Below are positions 50,827 through 60,915 of a DNA stretch of 64,000 nt, in pieces. The stretch lies in NCBI GenBank assembly GCA_964202905.1, contig CAXNJO010000004.1, positions 224,001-288,000 of the forward strand. The letters run 5' to 3'. The position numbers and the translations under genes were made by a program. Below the pieces are notes generated by a model that was given only the letters and a program-made list of their open reading frames with translations, was not told the DNA's origin and did no database searches. The DNA is from Polyangiales bacterium. Lineage in GTDB: Bacteria > Myxococcota_A > Polyangia > Polyangiales > JADJQN01. Numbering within the stretch: position 1 is the stretch's first letter; every line of letters begins with the position of its first letter.

Positions 50827-51864
50827 GTGAGCGCCCGCGAGACCACGCCCCGAAGCCGGACCGCTGCGAGCCACGACCACGCACTCCACGGCCACGCGGG
50901 TCACGGCCACGCGCATCACGACCACGAGGGCCACGCGCACCACGACCACGCGGGTCACGCGCATGTCGGCCCGGGAACGCCTCGGCGCGCGCTCGCCATC
51001 GCGCTCGGGCTCACGGCCTCGTTCATGGGCGTAGAGGTCGCCGTCGGCGTGTGGTCGGGGAGTCTCTCGCTCCTCGCGGACGCCGGCCACATGCTCAGCG
51101 ACGCGACGGCGCTCGTCGCCTCTCTCGTCGTCGCGCACATCGCCGCGAGACCGCGGTCGCCGCGCAACACCTACGGCTACCGCAGGGCCGAGGTGATCGC
51201 GGCGCTGCTGAACGCGGCCCTGCTCGCCGTCGCGGCAATCGCGATCGTGCGGGAGGCCGCCGAGCGGATCGCGGCCCCGCCGCTCGTGCATGGGCAGGGG
51301 ATGATGGCCACGGCCGCGGGCGGGCTCGTCGTCAATCTCCTCGCGGCCTGGGTGCTCCACCACCAGGGCGGGGGCGGTCTCAACGTGCGGAGCGCGCTCT
51401 TCCACGTGCTCGGCGACGCGCTCGGCTCCGTGGCCGCGATGGCCGCGGGCGCGGTCGTGCTCACGACGGGTTGGCGCCTCGCGGATCCGCTCGCGTCGCT
51501 CGGCATCGCGGTGTTGCTCATCGGGGGCGTGTGGCACCTCGTGCGCGAGGCGACCGGCGTGATCATGGAGGCGGCGCCTCCGCACCTCGACACGCTCGCC
51601 CTCGAGGGCGCGATCCGCGGCACAGCGGGCGTCGAGAGCGTGCACGACCTGCACGTGTGGTCGCTGACGGCGGGCGCGCCGGTGCTCACGGCGCACGTCG
51701 TCCTCACGCACGGCGCGCACGGGACGGACGTGGCGCGCGCGGTCGGCGAGATGCTCCGCGAGCGCTTCGCGATCGCCCACGCCACCATCCAGCCTGAGGC
51801 GCCGGAGGCCGCGCTCGTGTCCCTCCGGCGCAAACCCCCGCGCGAGGGCTCGACGGCCGCGTGA
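50827..51864 (+). CDS. Cation diffusion facilitator (CzcD/ZitB-type Zn/Co/Cd exporter) with His-rich N-terminus
   Basis: HDHALHGHAGHGHAHHDHEGHAHHDHAGHAH; SLSLLADAGHMLSD, TYGYRRAE, NVRSALFHVLGDALGS, VHDLHVW, HATIQPE. Confidence 0.93.
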   Translation: MSARETTPRSRTAASHDHALHGHAGHGHAHHDHEGHAHHDHAGHAHVGPGTPRRALAIALGLTASFMGVEVAVGVWSGSLSLLADAGHMLSDATALVASLVVAHIAARPRSPRNTYGYRRAEVIAALLNAALLAVAAIAIVREAAERIAAPPLVHGQGMMATAAGGLVVNLLAAWVLHHQGGGGLNVRSALFHVLGDALGSVAAMAAGAVVLTTGWRLADPLASLGIAVLLIGGVWHLVREATGVIMEAAPPHLDTLALEGAIRGTAGVESVHDLHVWSLTAGAPVLTAHVVLTHGAHGTDVARAVGEMLRERFAIAHATIQPEAPEAALVSLRRKPPREGSTAA

Positions 51865-51919
51865 ACACGCGGCTTCCGTTCGGGCCACAACACCCCGAAA
51901 ACACAAACGTTCTGCCGCA

Positions 51920-53818
51920 CTAGAGCAGGCCGCCGAGCGGTCCCCAGCTCACGCCCGCGTCGATGCTCTCGAGCGCGCGCAGGTCGCTCCCCTCGCGCGT
52001 GACGAGCACGAATCGGCCGCTGCGGGCCGCCAGCGTGGGCGCGCCGCAAAGCCCCGTGTCGTCGTCCCAGCACGGGGCGGGGACGCTCGGCGCGGACATC
52101 CGTGAACCGTCGCGCTCGACCCGCACGACGCGCACGCGACTCGCCGCGACCGCCCACGCGAGGACCCCTAGCCCCCCGTCTCGCGCGCTCGCGACGCGCG
52201 CGCGCCGTGGCACATCGGGCAGCCACAGCGCGTGGCACGGCCCGTCGGACGAACACGAGACGACGCGCGCTCCCCCGACGCGCAGCGGCAGCACCAGCAG
52301 CGCCCCCTCCGCATCGCACGCGAGGCGCGCCCGCTCGCCATCGATCGCGCCGTCGTCGTCCGGCCCGTCGACGATCGCGGGGTTCGACGGCGCCTCCCCG
52401 CGCGGGGCGCGCGTGAGCCGGACGCGCGTGCCGCCGCCGTACGCGATCCACGCGTCGCCTTCGGCGGCACACGTCTCGAGGAGCCCGTCGCCGTTCGCGG
52501 GCACGACGCCGAGCGCGCGCGCGGGGCCTGCTTCGAGCGCGAACACGCGCGCATCGAAGCCGTCCGCTTCGGCAGTGAGCACCACCGGACGCCCGTCTGG
52601 CAGCAGCTTCGCCGCGCGCACGAGCGGCGCGTCGAGACCGAGCGCGCGCTCCATGATCGGGGCGAGCGCTGGCGCGGGGGCAGGCGCGTCGTCCGCGCGC
52701 GCCGCTGCAGTGGGGGCAGAACTGGATGCGACGGTGGGTGCGGCGCTCGCACCGGCATCGAGCCGAAACACGCGCAGGACAGGCCCCGCATCGGGGCTCC
52801 GCGCGAGCACGACGAGACGCGGCGCGGCGCCGCCCGCGTCGGCCGGGAGCACACGCACGGCCTCCCCCTCGGGGCCGCCCCACGGGTGCGCCCCCACGAC
52901 GAACGGTGGCGGCGCACGCGTCGCCGCGACCCCGATCGGCGAGACCGCCATCGTGCGCCGCGCGCACCGCTGCGGGTCGTCGTCGCAGCGCCGCTCGGAC
53001 GTCGTGGACACCACCCAAGGCACCTGGCCCGCCGCAGCGGCACCTTGCGCCGCACCAAGTACGGCCCCCCAAATCGCGCCCGACGCGCCGCGCGGACGCG
53101 CGATCCGGCGCGCCGCCACGCGCCCGGCCGCGAGGTGCACGCTGCCCAGCCCGCGGGCGTCGAGCGCGAACGCGACGAGGCCATCCGCGCGCGCCTCGAG
53201 GCGCAGCGGCGCATCGCCAGAGGCGTTCAGCGGGAGCCGCGACGCCTCGCGCAGCCCGCCTCCCGACACGAAGCGGACCGCGTCGTCCTCGAGCCCATCG
53301 TAGAACCCCGACGCGACGACCATCGCCGCGAGTTTTCCGCGGAGCACGGCGACAGCACGGAGCGGACGCGTGTTCACCCGGGCGGCGTCCCCGCGCGTCT
53401 CGGCGAACGCGTCCAACTCGCGGCGCACCAGATCGACCGCCCGGCGCACCTCGTCCTCCGCGACGGCCGCGCTCGGCAAGAGAAAGCGCGCGTACGGCGG
53501 CGCGACGTCGAGCAGGTCCTTTCGACATCGCACCGGCCAGTCGGGCGGCCCCGAGAGCGCGCGGGCCGCAAAATGGGCCGTGTCCCCCGAGGGCAATCCG
53601 AGGCCCGGCGCGGCGACAGCCTGCCCGCCGTAGAGACACGCCGCGAAGTCCGCGAAGTGCGCGCGCGCCTCGAGCGCGCGGCCGCGCTCCCGCCACCATG
53701 GAACGCCGAGAAACACGACCGCGAGCGCGACGTTGGCGACGACGGCGACGAGCAACGCGCTCCGCCCGGGTCGGAAGCGCCCCGCCACCTCGACCTCGTC
53801 GCGGCTCGCCTCCGGCAC
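51920..53818 (-). CDS. Membrane-anchored hypothetical protein (possible beta-propeller)
   Basis: Single N-terminal TM; long open frame; C-terminal BNR-like ESIDAGVSW; start inferred from TAGCAT 8 nt upstream of GTG. Confidence 0.6.
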   Translation of the reverse strand: MPEASRDEVEVAGRFRPGRSALLVAVVANVALAVVFLGVPWWRERGRALEARAHFADFAACLYGGQAVAAPGLGLPSGDTAHFAARALSGPPDWPVRCRKDLLDVAPPYARFLLPSAAVAEDEVRRAVDLVRRELDAFAETRGDAARVNTRPLRAVAVLRGKLAAMVVASGFYDGLEDDAVRFVSGGGLREASRLPLNASGDAPLRLEARADGLVAFALDARGLGSVHLAAGRVAARRIARPRGASGAIWGAVLGAAQGAAAAGQVPWVVSTTSERRCDDDPQRCARRTMAVSPIGVAATRAPPPFVVGAHPWGGPEGEAVRVLPADAGGAAPRLVVLARSPDAGPVLRVFRLDAGASAAPTVASSSAPTAAARADDAPAPAPALAPIMERALGLDAPLVRAAKLLPDGRPVVLTAEADGFDARVFALEAGPARALGVVPANGDGLLETCAAEGDAWIAYGGGTRVRLTRAPRGEAPSNPAIVDGPDDDGAIDGERARLACDAEGALLVLPLRVGGARVVSCSSDGPCHALWLPDVPRRARVASARDGGLGVLAWAVAASRVRVVRVERDGSRMSAPSVPAPCWDDDTGLCGAPTLAARSGRFVLVTREGSDLRALESIDAGVSWGPLGGLL

Positions 53819-53952
53819 CGGGCGCGATGCTAGCAGGCGGCGCGTCGCCGGAGCGATCGGCGCATTCCCCGGGGCGCTCTGGCCGCAGCCCCCCCCGGTC
53901 CCTATACTCGCGGCCGTTGCCGCACTCGCTCGGCACGCCTCCACGGAGCCTC

Positions 53953-56900
53953 ATGCGCTACCTCTCGCGGCTATGGATGCCCTTCGCCGCCTTCCTGGCC
54001 GTGGCGATGGCGCTCGGCATCACGTTCGTCTGGCCCCGCCGCAACGGCCTCGACTTCGACATCGACGGCTCCCCGCGGGCCCAGGCGGCGCACGGCGCGC
54101 AGCCTTACGACCTCACCGAGCTTCGCGTGCTCAACGCGGTCCTCATCCACGTGAAGGACCACTACGTCGAGCCCGAGCGCATCAATCCGCGACGGATGCT
54201 GCTCTCGGGTCTGAACGCGATCCAGCGCTCGGTCGGCCCCGTGATGATCGATTACACGGACGGCGCCTCGTCGCTGACGGTGCGTGTGAACAACCAGCGC
54301 CGCGACTTCCGCGTCGACGACGTCCGCGCCCCCTGGGATCTGAGCACGCACTTCCGGCAGATCTTCGCGTTCCTGCAGCAGAATCTCGCGGGCACCGAGG
54401 TCGACCTCCACGACATCGAGTACGCCGCCGTCAACGGCATGCTGCGCACGCTCGATCCGCACTCCGTGCTGCTGACGCCGGAGATCTACGCGGACATGCG
54501 CATGACCACGCGCGGCGAGTTCGGCGGGCTCGGCATCGTCATCAGCGTCCGCGACGGGCAACTCACGATCATCCGGCCGATGCCCGGGACGCCCGCCTCC
54601 GGTGCGGGGCTCGCGCGCGGCGATCGGGTCGTGAAAATCAACGAGGAAGCGACGCTCAACATGCCGCTCAACGAGGCGGTGAGCCGCCTCCGCGGGGCGC
54701 CCGGCTCGCGCGTCGCTGTTTACGTCGTGCGTGAAGGCGCGGGCGGCTGGACCACGCCGCGGCGCTTCGACCTCGTGCGCGCCGTCATCCACATCGAATC
54801 GGTCGAGTCCCGCATGCTCGAGGGCGGCGTCGGCTACCTCAAGATCAAGAGCTTCCAGGGCAACACCTTCGAGGACATGCAGCGCGCGCTCGCGCAGCTC
54901 CACCGGCAGGGCCAGCTCCGCGGCCTCGTCCTCGATCTGCGCGACAACCCGGGCGGCCTGCTCGATCAGGCCGTGCGCATCTCCGACGCGTTCCTCACGC
55001 GCGGCGTCATCGTCACGACCTCGTCGAACGACCGCTCGCAGCGCGAGGTGAAGGAGGCCGAGCCAGCCGGCACGGAGCCCAACTACCCGATGGTCGTCCT
55101 CATCAACGGGGGCTCGGCCTCGGCTTCGGAGGTCGTGGCCGGCGCGCTCAAGGCGCACGACCGCGCGCTCATCGTCGGGCAGCGCAGCTTCGGCAAGGGG
55201 TCCGTGCAGGTCCTCTACGACTACGAGGAAGACGGCGCCGCGCTGAAGCTCACGATCGCGCAGTATCTGACGCCCGGCGACGTCTCGATCCAGGGCGTCG
55301 GCATCACGCCCGACATCGCGATCGACCCGATGACGGTCGACGCGGAGGACATGGACCTCACCGTCGATCAGGGCTACCTGCGCGAGTCCGATCTCCGCTC
55401 GCACCTCACGAATGAGTCCTCGCAGCGCGCGGCGGCGCAGCGAAGCGCGGTCGTGCTCCGCTACTACCTGCCGAAGGAGCAGCGCGAGCAGCTCCGCGAG
55501 GCAGGCCCGGACGACGCCGAGGAGAACCTGCGCGAGGGCGAGTTCCTCACGCGCTTCTCCCGCGATCTGCTCGCGCAGGCGCGTCGGCCGAGCCGCCCGG
55601 AGCTGCTCGCCGACGCGGAGGCGGTGCTCGCCCGCGCGCGGCAGGCCGAGCTCGACAAAGCCATCGCCGAGCTCCAGCGCCTCAGCGTCGACTGGTCCAC
55701 CGGCCCCGACCAGGGCGCGTCCCCCATCGAGGTCGTCGTGTCGACGAGCACCCCGGACAACGTCGGCACCGCCGGCCAGCCCTTCGAGTTGCGCGTCCGC
55801 GTGACCAACCGCGGACAGGCGCCGCTCTATCAGCTCCGCGCGACGACCAAGAGCGACAACCGCCTCTTCGCCGAGCGCGAACTCGTGTTCGGCAAGCTCG
55901 CCCCCGGCCAGTCGCGCGAGTGGTCGACGACGCTCGGCATCTGTGAGACCAAGGACGACCGGCGTCAGTGTCGCCTCCCGTTCGACATCCCGGATCGCGC
56001 CGACGCGATCCGCGTCGAATTCGCAGAGGCCCACGAGCACGCCCCGGTCCCCGCCGAGGTGCGCACGACCGTACGCGCACTCCCGCGGCCGCTCTTCGCC
56101 TACGGTCTCCAGATCGCCGACAACCTGCGCGGAAACGGCGATGGGCGCGTGCAACGCGGCGAGTCCATGACGATGTACTTGCACGTCAAGAACGTCGGTC
56201 AGGGACCGAGCGTCGAAGGACAAGCGAACCTCGGGAACCTGAGCGGCGCGGGGATCCTCCTCCGCGACGGGCGCTTCACCCTCCCCGCGCTCGCGCCCGG
56301 CGCGACGCACGACGTGGCCTTCACCTTCGAGGTCCTGCCAGACTTCGAGGCGGACGAAGCCAAGGTCGAGGTCAGCCTCGCGGACGTCGCGCTCCGCGAG
56401 GGCGTCTCGGAGAAGGTCCTTGTCCCCATCGCGGCGGCGCCCGCGGCGGCGCAAGGCCCCCAGCCACGCCCAGGTCGTGTCCGCGTGCGCGACGGCGCCC
56501 CGCTCCGGGCAACGCCGGCCACCGACGCCTCCCTCCTCGGAGCCGTCCGAGGCGGAGCGCTCGAGCTCGGCGCGCAGGCCGTGCTCGGGGCCTTCACCCG
56601 CGTCGATCTCGGCGGCGGGCGCCCCGCGTGGGTTGCCAGCGCGGACCTCGTCGACGCCGGGAGCGGCGGCCGTTTCATCGAAGACTACGAGCACACGCCC
56701 CCGACGGTGCGCGTCGATCACGGAAGCCAGCTCGTGACCCGCGCGACCGAACTCTCGCTGCGCGGCGGCGCGTCGCACCCCGCGCGCATCCGGGACATGT
56801 ACGTGTTCGTCGGCTCGCGGAAGGTCTTCTTCCTCTCCCATGAAGGCGCGGCGAACCCCCGCGAGATCGCGTTCGACGCGCGCGTCCCGCTCCACGGCGG

Positions 56901-57057
56901 CGCGAACGTCATCACGGTCGTCGTCCGACACGACGACGACGTGATTGGCCGGCGGACCTTCGTCGTACGCCGCGACGGCCCGAACGGCGAGACCCTCGAG
57001 GCCCCGCGCTTCGAGTACGACGAGCTCGGGGACGACGACGGGCTCGAGATGGAGTGA
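53953..57057 (+). CDS. S41 carboxy-terminal processing peptidase, long myxobacterial (MXAN_5808-like) form
   Basis: LDPHS, GEFGGLGI PDZ, LDLRDNPGGLL, SASASEVVAG, FGKGSVQ, GITPDI, followed by Ig/CARDB-like and SH3-like extensions. Confidence 0.92.
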   Translation: MRYLSRLWMPFAAFLAVAMALGITFVWPRRNGLDFDIDGSPRAQAAHGAQPYDLTELRVLNAVLIHVKDHYVEPERINPRRMLLSGLNAIQRSVGPVMIDYTDGASSLTVRVNNQRRDFRVDDVRAPWDLSTHFRQIFAFLQQNLAGTEVDLHDIEYAAVNGMLRTLDPHSVLLTPEIYADMRMTTRGEFGGLGIVISVRDGQLTIIRPMPGTPASGAGLARGDRVVKINEEATLNMPLNEAVSRLRGAPGSRVAVYVVREGAGGWTTPRRFDLVRAVIHIESVESRMLEGGVGYLKIKSFQGNTFEDMQRALAQLHRQGQLRGLVLDLRDNPGGLLDQAVRISDAFLTRGVIVTTSSNDRSQREVKEAEPAGTEPNYPMVVLINGGSASASEVVAGALKAHDRALIVGQRSFGKGSVQVLYDYEEDGAALKLTIAQYLTPGDVSIQGVGITPDIAIDPMTVDAEDMDLTVDQGYLRESDLRSHLTNESSQRAAAQRSAVVLRYYLPKEQREQLREAGPDDAEENLREGEFLTRFSRDLLAQARRPSRPELLADAEAVLARARQAELDKAIAELQRLSVDWSTGPDQGASPIEVVVSTSTPDNVGTAGQPFELRVRVTNRGQAPLYQLRATTKSDNRLFAERELVFGKLAPGQSREWSTTLGICETKDDRRQCRLPFDIPDRADAIRVEFAEAHEHAPVPAEVRTTVRALPRPLFAYGLQIADNLRGNGDGRVQRGESMTMYLHVKNVGQGPSVEGQANLGNLSGAGILLRDGRFTLPALAPGATHDVAFTFEVLPDFEADEAKVEVSLADVALREGVSEKVLVPIAAAPAAAQGPQPRPGRVRVRDGAPLRATPATDASLLGAVRGGALELGAQAVLGAFTRVDLGGGRPAWVASADLVDAGSGGRFIEDYEHTPPTVRVDHGSQLVTRATELSLRGGASHPARIRDMYVFVGSRKVFFLSHEGAANPREIAFDARVPLHGGANVITVVVRHDDDVIGRRTFVVRRDGPNGETLEAPRFEYDELGDDDGLEME

Positions 57058-57087
57058 GCCCTGCTCGGGGTGGATGGCGCGCCACGC

Positions 57088-57116
57088 TTTACACTCCGTG
57101 TCAAGAGTGGTATGCG
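57088..57116 (+). promoter_or_regulatory. Sigma-70-type promoter for the histone-like gene
   Basis: TTTACA-N17-TATGCG with an upstream TG; RBS GGAGG before GTG at 57159. Confidence 0.45.
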
Positions 57117-57158
57117 CTGCCTGCTTCCGGGACGGCCCCGGAATGACGTGGGAGGCAA

Positions 57159-58133
57159 GTGGCCACCAGCAAGCACAAACATCCCGCAAGCCAGGCGGCG
57201 CGGTCGCCCGCGCCGCCGACGTCGGCGACCCAGTCCGCGCCCTCGGCGGCCCAGAAGACGGCCCATAAATTGTCCCCGAAAGCCTCCCCCAAGAACGGTT
57301 CTCCCGCGAAGCCGGCCGCCAAGGCCACCGCGACCCTCGACCTCGGCAAGTCCGCAGGGAAGTCTGCGACCTCCGCGAAGGCGGCGACTGCGACGTCTGT
57401 TGACAAGCCGTCCAAGCCCTTCGGCGCGAAGACCACCGCGGAGAAGCCCGCCGCAACGAAGTCCACGATCGCCAAACCCGCGACGGGGAAGCCAGCCCCG
57501 GACGCGAAGCCGACTCCGGCGGCAGCGCCTGTCGGGAAGCCGGCAACCGCCAAGCCGCAGGGCAAGGCGTCGTCCGCGGCGAAGCCCTCCCCCCCCGCGT
57601 CGTCCAAGCCCGCCGAGAAGTCCGCAACGCCAGCCGCGCCCCGTGCCGCGGAGGCCGCGCCGGGGAAAACCGCACCCGTCCGCGGGACACCGGGGCAGAT
57701 CGTCGCCACGCCGTCGCGCACCCCGGCGCGGAGCCCAGTCGGCGCGGAGGAGCTGAAGCTCAAGTTCGGCGCGCTCTCTTCCGCGACCAGCCAGATCAAG
57801 GGGTTGAAGCGCTCGCTCAACAAGTCCTTCTTCGAGGTCGGTCGGATCCTCGCCGACATCCAAGAGAAGAAGCTCTACGAGGTCAAGGGCTACGGCTCTT
57901 TCGAATCCTTCGTCGAGCGCGAGATCGACCTCGGCAAGACGGTCAGCCTCCGCCTCGTGCGCATCACGCAGACGTTCGTTCGCGAGGCCGCGCTCGCGGC
58001 GGGTCTGGAGCGGACCACCGCGGCCCTCGCGGCCCTCGACGGCGAGAGCGACATGCTCTCCACCTCAACGTCCGTCTCGGCACCGAGCGCGTCGGCAGCC
58101 GCCCGGACGATGCTCCCGCCGCACAAGGTCTGA
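57159..58133 (+). CDS. Lys/Ala/Pro/Ser-rich histone-H1-like protein with C-terminal helical domain
   Basis: About 190 aa of KPAAK/KPAT-type low complexity; C-terminal SFFEVGRILADIQEKKLYEVKGYGSFESFVEREIDLGKTVSLRLVRI. Confidence 0.75.
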   Translation: MATSKHKHPASQAARSPAPPTSATQSAPSAAQKTAHKLSPKASPKNGSPAKPAAKATATLDLGKSAGKSATSAKAATATSVDKPSKPFGAKTTAEKPAATKSTIAKPATGKPAPDAKPTPAAAPVGKPATAKPQGKASSAAKPSPPASSKPAEKSATPAAPRAAEAAPGKTAPVRGTPGQIVATPSRTPARSPVGAEELKLKFGALSSATSQIKGLKRSLNKSFFEVGRILADIQEKKLYEVKGYGSFESFVEREIDLGKTVSLRLVRITQTFVREAALAAGLERTTAALAALDGESDMLSTSTSVSAPSASAAARTMLPPHKV

Positions 58134-58157
58134 GCCGGCGACCTCCGCGCGGCCGCC

Positions 58158-59477
58158 GTGATTCCGCTCCTCCTCGCGCTCCTCTGCGTCGCGGCGAACG
58201 CCTTCTTCGTCGCGGCGGAGTTCGCGCTCGCCAAGGTCCGCCCGACCTCGCTGGACGCCATGGCGCGCGCCGGCGACAAGCGCGCGCGACGCGCCCTCGA
58301 GGTCACGCGGCGCCTCGACGCCTACCTCACCGCGACCCAGATCGGCATCACGCTCGCCTCGCTCGGGCTCGGTTGGCTCGGTGAGCCTGCGCTCGCGCAC
58401 TTCATCGAGCCCGCGTTGCGCGCGCTCGGCGCGACGGAGGCCGTCGTGCACGGCGTGGGCCTGGCGCTCGCGTTCGCGGTGATCACGACGCTGCACATCG
58501 TCGTCGGCGAATTGATCCCGAAATCGTTCGCCATCCAGCAGCCCGAGACCGTCGCGCGCCACACCGCCGCGTGGATGGTCGGCTTTTACTGGCTGATCTT
58601 CCCCGCGCTGATCATCCTCAATTCCATCTCCAACTTCGCGCTGCGCCTCGCGGGCCTCCCACCCACGGAGCACGCCGAGGGCAAACTCTCGCTCGAGGAG
58701 TTGCGCCTCGTGGTGCGCGCATCGCTGGGCGAGGAAGGCGAGAAGAAGCGCGAGCTCCTCGAGCGCGTACTGCGCGGCACCGACCGCCCCCTGCGCGCCG
58801 TGATGGTGCCACGCGTCGACATGGCGACCCTCTCGCTCGACGACGACTTCCAATCGGTCCTCGCACAAGTGCGACGGCACGGCTTCAGCCGCTACCCGAT
58901 CGCCGAACACGGCGACCCGGACAAGGTGCTCGGCTACGTCTACGTGAAGGACGTGCTCATGGCGCGCACCCCGCCACGCGACGGGCTGCGCGGACTCAAG
59001 CGCGACGTGCTCTTCTGCCCGGAATCCCTGACGGTGGGCGAGGTGCTCGGGCAGTTTCAGCGCTCGAAGATCCCCATCGCGATCGTGGTCGACGAATACG
59101 GCGGCACGAGCGGCCTCGTGACGCTCGAGGACGTCGTCGAGGAGATCGTCGGTGAGCTGCAGGACGAGCACGATTTCGAAGCGCCGCGGGTGACGCGCCT
59201 CGCGAACGGCTCGCTCGTGGTCGATGGCTCGCTCCCCGTTGACGAACTCGTGAACGAGGGGTTGGAACTCCCGTCGCGCGACGGCGCCGAGAGCGGCGAG
59301 ACGGTCGGCGGCTACCTCGTCGCGGCGCTCGGGCGCCTCGCGCACCCCGGCGACCGCGTGCACCTCGGTGGTTGGGACGCCGTCGTCGAGGACGTGCGAC
59401 GCCGCCGCGTGAGCCGCGTGTCGTTCATCCCGGCCACACCGACGACGCCGGCGACCGAGACGGACGACGACGGCTGA
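58158..59477 (+). CDS. Hemolysin-family CNNM/CBS/CorC protein
   Basis: NAFFVAAEFAL, QIGITLASLGLGWLGEP, GELIPK, VMVPR, FSRYP, VDEYGGTSGLVTLEDVVEEIVGE. Confidence 0.93.
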   Translation: MIPLLLALLCVAANAFFVAAEFALAKVRPTSLDAMARAGDKRARRALEVTRRLDAYLTATQIGITLASLGLGWLGEPALAHFIEPALRALGATEAVVHGVGLALAFAVITTLHIVVGELIPKSFAIQQPETVARHTAAWMVGFYWLIFPALIILNSISNFALRLAGLPPTEHAEGKLSLEELRLVVRASLGEEGEKKRELLERVLRGTDRPLRAVMVPRVDMATLSLDDDFQSVLAQVRRHGFSRYPIAEHGDPDKVLGYVYVKDVLMARTPPRDGLRGLKRDVLFCPESLTVGEVLGQFQRSKIPIAIVVDEYGGTSGLVTLEDVVEEIVGELQDEHDFEAPRVTRLANGSLVVDGSLPVDELVNEGLELPSRDGAESGETVGGYLVAALGRLAHPGDRVHLGGWDAVVEDVRRRRVSRVSFIPATPTTPATETDDDG

Positions 59478-59519
59478 TCCCCGCTCCCCCCGCGCGGGTC
59501 GCCGCGAACCACGCGGCGC

Positions 59520-60173
59520 TCACTCGAGCGGCGAGGCGATCGCGAAGAGATCGGCGAAGCGCTCCACGCCGGGCGGCAGCGCGCCGTTCCCGCGGCGGTG
59601 CGTCCACAACACGGGGGCGAGCAGGTCGATGGCGTAGCGCATCGGCATCTCTTCGAAGCGCAGGTCGACGGGCAGGCGCGAGAGGTTCGCCGACGCCGCA
59701 GAGTCGTCGACGAGCGGCTCGAACACGGCGTGGGTGAGACCGTCGCCGCGCCGCCACGCGAGACCGAGCACCTCGACGAACGTGCCGTGCAGCGGCCGCA
59801 CGAGGAGCACGCCACCGCGGAGTTCATCGCCGGCGACGAGCGCGCGTGCGCCCACGGTCGACTCGAGCCCGAGCCCCCCCTCGGCGTCGATGGCCGCGGC
59901 GATGGCCCGCGCGTTCTCGGCATCGTCCTCGACGGCGAGGAGCGGCGCGAGCACGACCGACGCCGAGATCCCCTCGGCGCGCGCGTCCGCGACCACGGCC
60001 TCGACGATGCGCCCGCGCCCGACGACGTCGAGCGAACCGTAAGCGAGCGCGAGCCCGCGCGCCGCGGCAGGATCCCGTGCTGCCGCCGCAAGCAGCGCAC
60101 CGAATGGGCCAGACCGCCCGCGCGCGGGCGTCGCGAGCGTCGGACGCGGGCTGCGTGGTCCGGGAGTCGACAC
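59520..60173 (-). CDS. Hypothetical protein
   Basis: GC3-biased frame (LLAVEDDAENA..LPPGVERFADLF), divergent from the sigma factor gene; start inferred. Confidence 0.6.
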   Translation of the reverse strand: MSTPGPRSPRPTLATPARGRSGPFGALLAAAARDPAAARGLALAYGSLDVVGRGRIVEAVVADARAEGISASVVLAPLLAVEDDAENARAIAAAIDAEGGLGLESTVGARALVAGDELRGGVLLVRPLHGTFVEVLGLAWRRGDGLTHAVFEPLVDDSAASANLSRLPVDLRFEEMPMRYAIDLLAPVLWTHRRGNGALPPGVERFADLFAIASPLE

Positions 60174-60252
60174 GACGCCCTTGTACCCGAGCCTCGCGGC
60201 CCGCGAAAGGCTTGACGCCCGCGCCCCGGGCCGTGTAAGCCGCTCGGTCAGG

Positions 60253-60915
60253 ATGGGTGACGCGAACGCAACGCTCGTTGCCGAGTACCAAGGGCTCGTC
60301 CGCACGATCGCCTCGAAGGTGCGAGCGCAACTCGATCTGCGTTGCGAGCTGGAGGACCTCGTCGCCTTCGGCAACCAAGGCCTCATCGAAGCTGTGCAGC
60401 GCTTCGACCCGTCGCGCGGCGTGCAACTCAGCACGTTCGCCTACTACCGCATCCGCGGCGCGGTCGTCGATGGCGTGCGGCGCATGGCCTACATGCCGCC
60501 GCGCATCCACCGCAAGCTCCGCGAGGCGGAGGCGATGGACGCCGTGCTCGAGCCGCTCGGCGAGGCGCGGGCCACCTCCCCCGAGGCCCGCGCCGATCTC
60601 GAGGCCACGGCTCAGGCCCTCGAGAACTCGCTCGCGCGCGTCACGGCGACCTTCCTCATGTCCGCCGTCGGACAAGGCGAGGAGGACCAGCCCGACACCC
60701 CCGAGGACGAGCTCTTCTCCGCGGAAACCCGCGCCCGCGTCGCAGCGGCGATGGCGACGCTGCCCGAACGCGAACGCGCGCTCGTGCAGGGTTTCTACTT
60801 CGAGGGGCGGCAGTTCGACGAGGTCGCCGCGGAGCTGGGCATCTCGAAGAGTTGGGCGAGCCGCCTCCACACGAAGGCGCTCGACCTGATGCGTCGCGCG
60901 CTCGTCGACCCCTGA
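60253..60915 (+). CDS. FliA/WhiG (sigma-28)-like RNA polymerase sigma factor
   Basis: LEDLVAFGNQGLIEAVQRFDPSRGVQLSTFAYYRIRGAVVD; LPERERALV..YFEG..EVAAELGISKSWASRLH. Confidence 0.88.
   Translation: MGDANATLVAEYQGLVRTIASKVRAQLDLRCELEDLVAFGNQGLIEAVQRFDPSRGVQLSTFAYYRIRGAVVDGVRRMAYMPPRIHRKLREAEAMDAVLEPLGEARATSPEARADLEATAQALENSLARVTATFLMSAVGQGEEDQPDTPEDELFSAETRARVAAAMATLPERERALVQGFYFEGRQFDEVAAELGISKSWASRLHTKALDLMRRALVDP

Noticed and set aside
51805..51864. CDF C-terminus ALVSLRRK as an encapsulin targeting peptide
   Set aside because: It is only a partial match (no TVG) and the protein is a polytopic membrane protein, so encapsulation is implausible.
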